Shown here: positions 1 to 6,480 of the stretch, piece by piece
Position numbering within the stretch: the stretch's first letter is position 1
Layout of the letters: each line of letters starts with the position of its first letter
From: Paraphysomonas bandaiensis
Taxonomy: Eukaryota; Protista; Chrysophyceae
Length of the DNA: 6,991 nt
NCBI GenBank assembly: GCA_965644295.1
Contig: CBFFRP010000105.1
Span: 1-6,991 of the forward strand
Reading direction: 5' to 3'
The notes under the pieces: model-generated
Told to the model about the DNA's origin: nothing
What the model saw: the letters and a program-made list of their open reading frames with translations, nothing else
The model's database searches: none
Program-made: the position numbers and the translations under genes

Positions 1-257
1 ATATATCGTCAGCTAAGAATCATCTACACAGTCATCTTAAAGTAAATCATAATCATTATAATCATAATATTCAACTGATTGATATCATTTGTATCCTAAA
101 TGGTACTTATGGAATGAAAGGTTATAAATCACATATATGATGAAAGGATAAAATGTTTTCTATTATGTGTTTCTATCATATATATCTGTATGTATAGGAA
201 TAGTCATCGATTGGTTATCATTCAACAGATTAAGGCATATCAACTGTGTGGATGTTA

Positions 258-1536
258 ATGGCAGACAATCCCCATCTTCTTGATTCCTTATTGGAAGATA
301 TTGAAAGTGCAGTGGGCTCAGAGGGTGTGCAGAAGTCTCCTCTGAAGTACATTCCTCATCCTCCTCATTCTGATAAGCATCAATCAAAGGTAGATAGATA
401 CATACACTCCTTTATTGTTATTGCTTATAAATCTTACACAGACGAATCCTAAAAATAAGTTTGCTGTACTACCTTCATCGAGTACTTACGGTTCACCACA
501 CAGTGTCAGTAGCCAGGTGAAGTTACCTTCACCTTCCACGATGAACAGCTATACTAGAAGTAATACCAACAGTCGCAATAGTACACCCTCTGCAAAGCCA
601 GACCACCCTAACGACGATTGTGTGAGTGATGCTGCATTGGATTCACTGCTTACGATGCTTGATGGAAATAGCCCCTCCAATACACAAACCCCAGTGATCA
701 ACAGGACAGCAGGAACAGTGAAGTCTCCAAATAATAATAGCCCATATCTCCCTTCGTTCAAAGACAAAAGCAACACTCAGAGCCCCCTCTTTGTAGATTC
801 CTCATGTAAGGAGGATAGGGAGCGACAACCGAGCCAGAAGAGCGGACAGGTTCAGCAGCAGGACACGGACTCATCCTTTGATAGTCTGATGCAAGATCTA
901 GATGTGTCGCTTCCGTCCCCCACTAGCGAAGCAGATAGAGCGCCATTTACCCCACCCATACGGGCTACTTCCACTTCTTCAGGAAACAAGATCAGGTGTT
1001 AGTTTGTATTTCTTCGTAATTTCTATTTAATCTGCTGTCACTCTACACAGGTGTTCCAGAGTTGTAGTAGCTGGCTCAGCAACTGCAAGGGGACCTAAAA
1101 CTTCAGCTTTTTCGAAATTGTGAGTTGCATACATTAGCCAAAAATTTTCCCTTACTCACATTGCGTGTAGGGCCTGCGATAACCTCCGTTGTCTACAGTG
1201 TAACTTTGAGGTGAAATTTAGTACCAGTGCTTCTCTGTCTGCTGTCTCACCCCGATCATTGCAGGTGATGCAATTCCCCGAGCGTACTTGGGGCAGTGGA
1301 GTCGATTATATGTTCTTTCGGAATAATGTACCTAACGTACAGAAGTTGTCGGCAGAATTGTGTATACAGTCAAATAGTATGGCCTATTGCTGCCAATGCC
1401 GCTGGCTATCTGCGGAGGTAAAGCTGTTTGTGTCATGACGAATATTGCTTTTGCTAACACAAATTGTAAACAGAACGAAGTTGTGATTTCTACGGGAAAT
1501 TCAAGTCAGCCGCAGTGGGTGTGTGCCGGTCATTAA
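258..1536 (+). CDS. CFAP418: Cilia- and flagella-associated protein 418 (C8orf37 / retinal maintenance protein family) homologue, 6 exons, 336 aa
   Basis: Exons 258-389, 442-995, 1051-1119, 1171-1210, 1265-1417 and 1474-1536 are joined by GT-AG introns of 52, 55, 51, 54 and 56 nt, giving an open frame of 1011 nt. The N-terminus MADNPHLLDSLLEDIES resembles the family's MAEDLDELLDEVES. The C-terminal domain RCSRVVVAGS...ACDNLRCLQCNFEVMQFPERTWGSGVDYMFFRNNVPNVQKL...AYCCQCRW...QPQWVCAGH* matches the family motifs ACDxLRCxxCDF, DYxFFRNNxP, AYxCQCxW and terminal WVCxxH. A branch-point-like GCTAAC lies in intron 5. ATG 252 is an alternative in-frame start. Confidence 0.92.
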
Positions 1537-2321
1537 AGATTCCACCACTCGCAGCTGCTGTTCAAACGAAGTATAATATGACATAGTGAAGAGTTTATTT
1601 TGTGTACTGTTTTTGTGTAATAGTGATGGCGGATGTATCGTATTGAAAGTAGTGTGTTCGTGAAAGGCATCATATATTTGGTGTATTCAATTTCGAGGGC
1701 GTACCCTAGTGTTATGCTTGTGCTGATTAAAATAAATAATGCTTACATGACCGCTAGATCCCCGTACCAAGCAAGCCCTAACTGGATCTGCACAGTATAT
1801 ATTGCACATATGTGACTCATACGTGATTGTTATGGAATGTTGGTGATGGAAACGTACCATGCGTTATTTCAGTACAAATAAACTTGACTTTTGACTTACT
1901 TGATTATGACCGTTTCAACTATTTATCAGTACACTAGAATAGCACTTCTTGTTTCTGATTTCACATGTCATATCATGCCACGGGTGGTATATATTATATA
2001 TGGGCCTGGTATTATGTACATATCATACAATTAAACACAGGATAATATTTCTCCTAGCTATGGCTTTGTATTTAAGTATTAATGCTATTGAAGAGAGATA
2101 GATATATACAATACTAGTACACACTGCTATATAAAGAAAATTGAGTTGTTATAAGTCGTAAAATAGACGAAAATACGTTCGAAGGTGCAGCGTTCATAGT
2201 TCATACGCATCAGTAAGAGTTTCGATTGTAGCAAGCATTTGGTAACTTTCAAATTTAATCTATATACATGATACCATGAACTTCACTACTAATTGACACA
2301 GCCAACCCATCAATAATGCAT

Positions 2322-2777
2322 TCAAACATTATCCATTTTGTTATGAGGAGGCGCACTTGGAACTCCACGATAAATCTGCACATTTTGACCCTCCACAACA
2401 TGTTGTCTCGGATCATACGTATCGTGCCTATCCCCTCCAAACATTACCGATTCAAAACCCGATCCTCCCTGTGGTCCAGCATAAAATCGTCTAGCAAGAA
2501 ACAAACCCACAAGTATCCCAACAATAAGAAACGGTCCTATAGTCCGTATAGTATCCTCTGAACCTTCTGGTAAACCTAAACTACTATACAAACTAGACCC
2601 TCCATTCTCCATCCCAACTAAATATATACAGAATATAATAATCCCTCCAACTATTATAAGAGTACTCATTGATGTGTTTCTTAAATTTCTTTCTAACCAA
2701 CGTACATGACAGAATAGACGATTAATCGATGAAAAGAGACGTACAAATACATTGATATGTCCTGCTAATGCATCCAT
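2322..2777 (-). CDS. Hypothetical small membrane protein (151 aa, two predicted TM helices)
   Basis: ATG-initiated 151-aa ORF with two hydrophobic stretches (TLIIVGGIIIFCIYLVG and IGPFLIVGILVGLFLA), the second followed by basic RR and a Gly/Pro-rich hydrophilic tail. It lies head-to-head with the DUF218 gene and convergent with CFAP418. No family recognised; the 5' end is uncertain. Confidence 0.6.
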   Translation of the reverse strand: MDALAGHINVFVRLFSSINRLFCHVRWLERNLRNTSMSTLIIVGGIIIFCIYLVGMENGGSSLYSSLGLPEGSEDTIRTIGPFLIVGILVGLFLARRFYAGPQGGSGFESVMFGGDRHDTYDPRQHVVEGQNVQIYRGVPSAPPHNKMDNV

Positions 2778-2999
2778 ATTATTATTGGTTATAATTATTT
2801 GTATATGTGTTTAATGAGGTGGTTAGGTGATGAACTGTGCTGACATGCATATGAGAGGGAGATACAGCAGTCAGTGTAGTGTGTATGTATGTGATTTCAA
2901 GTTCTAGATGGGGGATATACCAGTAGGAATTCCTACATGTACATGTAGTGCTGTATATGCATATCCTGGTACGAGGTACGAGTATGCATACTCTGTATA

Positions 3000-3189
3000 T
3001 TGTATAGGGTATACGTACAGTAGTATGTGGATATGTAGACAGTACAAGACATGAATTTAGGTATATAAAGTGGGGTTATTTAGCCTGTATGGGTTAAAAA
3101 ACAGGCCTTATTATAAATACAGCACATTAATGTGCTGTATTTTGTACTGTCTACATATCCACATACTACGTACTGTATACCCTATACAA
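3000..3189. repeat. Foldback / MITE-like element: 48-bp near-perfect inverted repeat with a 94-bp spacer
   Basis: Arm 1 (3000-3047) TTGTATAGGGTATACGTACAGTAGTATGTGGATATGTAGACAGTACAA is the reverse complement of arm 2 (3142-3189) TTGTACTGTCTACATATCCACATACTACGTACTGTATACCCTATACAA, except for one displaced base (expected TGTAC, observed GTACT). Confidence 0.9.
3115..3142. repeat. Perfect 28-bp palindrome
   Basis: AAATACAGCACATT|AATGTGCTGTATTT is its own reverse complement. Confidence 0.95.
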
Positions 3190-3288
3190 GAATCAGCAGT
3201 ATATGTTTATACTAGGAGGCAGTGGCCATATATCTTAATAGCCAGACCAGCTAACCCATACACACCATGAATAGATGCATCCAATAGA

Positions 3289-4131
3289 ATGACAAATCTA
3301 ATAATATCAACTCGATATCTTCTTCTTATATGTATCTTTATAATAACATGTATGATATTATATATAAATATAGATCTTAATACCGTTACATCATCAGACT
3401 CTAGTACACTATTAGTAGTACCTGGTGGAGGATTACTTCACAATGGTTCACTACCATTACATACACTTGCAAGACTTAATAAAGCAATTGATATATATAA
3501 TACATATAGATTGAATAATGTCCCTGTATATATCATCACACTGTCTGCAGGAACACCTCATAAACCGAACCCTATCAGTGAATTAGGATTCCCTATATAT
3601 GAGTCAACAGCTGCATTAGAGTATTTGTTGTCCAGAAATATACCCGCAGAGCACATTTACGAGGAAAAACTATCCCTTGATACAATCGGAAATGTAAGTT
3701 ATACTGTGATTTTATATAATGAAAGTGATGTATATTATCAGGCATACTTTTTACGTGCCATTCACACTGAGTTCTCTGATTGGCGGAAACTGATTATTAT
3801 CACTAATGACTGGCATATGCCAAGGGTTCGCTCTATATTTCAACATATTTTTAGTATTCCACTGTCGGATGAGGTTAAATCGTGTCCAGCAGCACCTTAT
3901 AGTCTTGATTTTGTGTCTGTTGGATCACACTTACCCCCGAATTCATTGCGAAGCCGACAAACAAGAGAAAAGCTTTCCATTCAGTCATGGGAGTCTACTA
4001 AACTAAATCTTAAAAGCCTAAAAATGCTACATACGTGGATATTTGTTCAACATTCTTCGTATTCTGCTTTGCGGTTGTCTCCACATCATAAGAAAGAAAA
4101 ATTAGATCCGGATGTAATCAACACATATTAA
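3289..4131 (+). CDS. DUF218 / YdcF-like (ElyC/SanA superfamily) protein with N-terminal membrane anchor; 2 exons, 264 aa when spliced
   Basis: DUF218 motifs are present in order: LLVVPGGG, ARLNKAIDIY, IITLSAGT, E..AALEYLLSRNIPAEHIYEEKLSLDTIGN(AYF), KLIIITNDWHMPR. Removing a 48-nt intron at 3694-3741 (GTAAGT...TATCAG) restores the DTxxNA motif as DTIGNAYF. The N-terminal segment YLLLICIFIITCMILYINI is hydrophobic. Confidence 0.88.
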   Translation: MTNLIISTRYLLLICIFIITCMILYINIDLNTVTSSDSSTLLVVPGGGLLHNGSLPLHTLARLNKAIDIYNTYRLNNVPVYIITLSAGTPHKPNPISELGFPIYESTAALEYLLSRNIPAEHIYEEKLSLDTIGNVSYTVILYNESDVYYQAYFLRAIHTEFSDWRKLIIITNDWHMPRVRSIFQHIFSIPLSDEVKSCPAAPYSLDFVSVGSHLPPNSLRSRQTREKLSIQSWESTKLNLKSLKMLHTWIFVQHSSYSALRLSPHHKKEKLDPDVINTY

Positions 4132-5081
4132 AATACAGCAACCATATTTATATATGCCCATGTCGCTGCAATACCTTGTGTATTTCTACTCGAATGTGTA
4201 CTACCCTATTGTTGGAGGGCTCGTGGTGGTGCTATAATATATAGGTTTGTGTCGCGCTGAGAAGAGATCTGGGGGTAGCCGTTGCACGACCTAAATAATT
4301 GATTTTCCTGGAGATATATACTTTGCCATGAGATATTTGTGCTTTCCATACGTCAGCAGAGCTTTCCAGTATATTTGGTCAACGTTTGACTCTGTTGACG
4401 GAAGATGTTAAGTTAAGTTTTACTGGAAATTTTATTCAAACCAATCAATTGGTTGAAATACCTAGTTCATCTAATTTTGGTGTAATACTATTTATTCAAT
4501 CTAGTCAAAGTAATAAATAGTTCAATATCTACACTTATTAATTGATGGCTAGGTAAATACCATGAACACCTAGCACCTAGCCAACCTGGTAATTGTAATT
4601 ATTATGTATATTCCATGCAATCTAATTGTAATTGCAATTCAATTAATTGTTACGCAGCCCTGGGGTATAGGGTCCGATGATTTGTACGCATTTCTCATTA
4701 TAAGTGTCTTTTAGCTACGTACACATACAATTAATTCATACGACATACATCATGCTATAATCTTACAATGTGTTGTTTAGCTTAACGTTTTGATATATAT
4801 CTAAATATGAAATTATGAAAGTGAGATTTTCACAATAGCAATGCAGTTAGTACGAACGAGCTTTGTCACTCTACGCTCTCAGTGTGCTGTGTAAGACTCA
4901 GGGTCTTGCTACAAGAGTTGAGTATGCTCAGAATGAATTGAGAAATCTTAAGAACGATATTACGCACTGAATTTCATTTACACTTTCAACTTATCATTGA
5001 TAATGGCAGCCCCCCGGCAATAAGAAATGCCACAGTTCTGCATGTGAAATTGCTATAGCTAAACGCAGAGACAATTTTGGT

Positions 5082-6131
5082 CTACGCTTCTGCTCCAGAC
5101 CCAGCGGACGGTTCACCAAATCTCTCCAAGCGTCTCTTCTTCCTATAGATATATATGCGTCAAAAAGTAATTTGCAGACAATATACTGAACCCACTTCTC
5201 TTGGAGGTCCTGTAACACGGTGTTTGTGCTACCGCTGATACCCATTTGGAACCTCATCATGCGAGCCTTCCTCTTTGCTTCCTGTACAACCCATCGTCAT
5301 ACCTCATACAAATATCACACATGTCACCAACCTCCTCTTCATTGACCACAGGGGCAGCTGATTCCTTCCCGTTCTTTCCTTTCTTCCCTTTCTGCTGTTG
5401 TTGCTTCACCGTCTTGACATCTTCCTTGAAAGGTATGCCGAATCTTTCAGCCCTCGCCTTCTTCTTGGCAATTGCTTCAGCACTCTCCTTGGAGGCCCCG
5501 ACTGCGGCCTTACCATTTCCACCTTCAGGAGTTTTTTTATCTAGCTGGAAGCGAGCAGCACGGAGAGCTAACTTATCCTCTTCAGCAGTACTGTTCCCGT
5601 CCCCAACGGTAGCCGTAGTAGACGGAGTCTGCAATGGAATTCCAAACTTGGCAGCCCTAGCAGCCCTTTTGGCATCCTCTGACATCGCCTCATTTGTAGT
5701 CGTAGTTGTAGCCGGAGTTGTTGTGGCTGGGGCTTGTACCGGCGGTTCCTCTTTTGGTTGCTCTGCTGGAGCAGTTTCAGCGGAAACCGCAGCTGGAGTA
5801 GTTACGGGTGCACTTCCGACGGTATTCGTAGGTGGTGCAGAGTTATTGTTCGATAGATTGGGCTCTGCTTTCTGCAAAACTGATTCAGTGGTGGGTTTCG
5901 ACTCCAAATCATAATCATATGCCGGTACATCTGCACTGGTGTCAATACCAAACTCTTCTTCATCGAGAGCAGCCTATTTATGCATTATATTCACAATATA
6001 TACACATATTATGCAATATTTACCTGTAAACGCTGTTGTAAATCTCCTTTTAAACCGGATGTATCAAGTCCTCTTTTCGCCAGTTCCTCTTTCAATTCAG
6101 CAACTTTTAACTTCTTTGGGTCCACTTCCAT
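5082..6131 (-). CDS. SARNP: SAP domain-containing ribonucleoprotein (SARNP/CIP29/Tho1/MOS11 homologue), mRNA export factor; 4 exons, 298 aa
   Basis: Exons 6131-6024, 5973-5332, 5281-5196 and 5142-5082 are joined by GT-AG introns of 50, 50 and 53 nt, giving 897 nt in frame. Exon 1 encodes a classic SAP domain, MEVDPKKLKVAELKEELAKRGLDTSGLKGDLQQRLQ. A P/T/A-rich linker follows, then five Tho1/MOS11-type motifs: RAAKFG, RAARFQ, RAERFG, RMMRFQ and RLERFG. Confidence 0.9.
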
Positions 6132-6310
6132 CTTAATTGCAATATTTAATGTAATTAACTCCTTTGATCGGATACTGACACCCTTGTGAGTTGTGTGGGT
6201 TAATTATGACCTACACTGTGACAATGGGTGCGATAATACCAATAACTACAAACCACAGTAACACCGTAACATACACATACATGCAACATACACACACAAC
6301 ACACACCATA

Positions 6311-6312
<2 letters not shown>

Positions 6313-6341
<29 letters not shown>

Positions 6342-6400
6342 CATACATACATACATACATACATACATACATACATACATACATACATACATACATACAT
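6313..6400. repeat. Tetranucleotide microsatellite (ACAT)22
   Basis: 88 bp of uninterrupted ACAT repeats, preceded by a degenerate AC/ACAT-rich tract at ~6268-6310. Confidence 0.98.
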
Positions 6401-6480
6401 TTTTCTCGTGAATTTCATTTCCGTTTGCATCATATCGTATTTGCCAATTATTAAGCATGCTGTTCTTAGGAATAACCTTT

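Larger units (their letters stand above)
2778..3288. promoter_or_regulatory. Putative bidirectional promoter region between divergent genes
   Basis: Inferred from position: ~510 bp between the start codons of 2322-2777(-) and 3289-4131(+). It contains TATA-like TATATAAA (3062-3069) and TATAAAT (3112-3118) and many palindromes. Confidence 0.45.

Noticed and set aside
163-776. Minus-strand ORFs 163-387 and 549-776
   Set aside because: They are antisense to CFAP418 exons and have no recognisable motifs.
246-1438. ORFs 246-452, 415-1002 and 1211-1438 as separate genes
   Set aside because: They are exons of one spliced CFAP418 gene read through into introns.
1633-1815. 60-aa ORF downstream of CFAP418
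   Set aside because: Short, without motifs, and within the probable 3' UTR or intergenic region.
2255-2561. ORFs 2255-2440 (-) and 2316-2561 (+)
   Set aside because: Alternative-frame or antisense overlaps of the 151-aa membrane protein ORF.
2693-2750. Intron-like segment (GTATTT/GTACGT...TTAG, 52-58 nt) near the 5' end of the minus-strand membrane protein gene
   Set aside because: Splicing from either donor to TTAG gives a stop within four codons, so it was not modelled; cDNA would be needed.
2828-2843. Box C (GTGATGA) followed by box D (CTGA), as in a C/D snoRNA
   Set aside because: The boxes are only a few nucleotides apart, far too close for a snoRNA.
3070-3270. 66-aa ORF overlapping the foldback element
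   Set aside because: Non-ATG start and a Tyr/Ile/Cys-rich translation typical of TA-rich non-coding DNA; no transposase similarity.
2768-3283. 9-bp direct repeat ATGCATCCA (2768-2776 and 3275-3283) as a Mutator-type target-site duplication
   Set aside because: No terminal inverted repeats lie directly inside the copies, and one copy is within coding sequence; probably chance.
3806-4006. 66-aa alternative-frame ORF
   Set aside because: Nested inside the DUF218 coding exon with no independent support.
4218-4291. ~74-nt segment with complementary ends (TCGTG/CACGA), considered as a tRNA
   Set aside because: No T-loop GTTCRA consensus, D-arm or anticodon arm on either strand.
4994-5260. 88-aa minus-strand ORF as a separate gene
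   Set aside because: Its start is SARNP exon 3; the rest is read-through into intron 3, out-of-frame exon 4 and the 3' UTR.
5246-5914. 222-aa plus-strand ORF
   Set aside because: Antisense shadow of SARNP exon 2; its Phe/Cys/Val/Ser runs mirror Lys/Gln/Thr/Glu codons on the coding strand, and it has a non-ATG start.
5832-6189. Plus-strand ORFs 5832-6029, 5939-6136 and 5980-6189
   Set aside because: Short ORFs antisense to SARNP exons 1-2 with no recognisable motifs.
6191-6458. ORFs with HTYI or MYVC repeats
   Set aside because: Translation artefacts of the stop-free (ACAT)n microsatellite.
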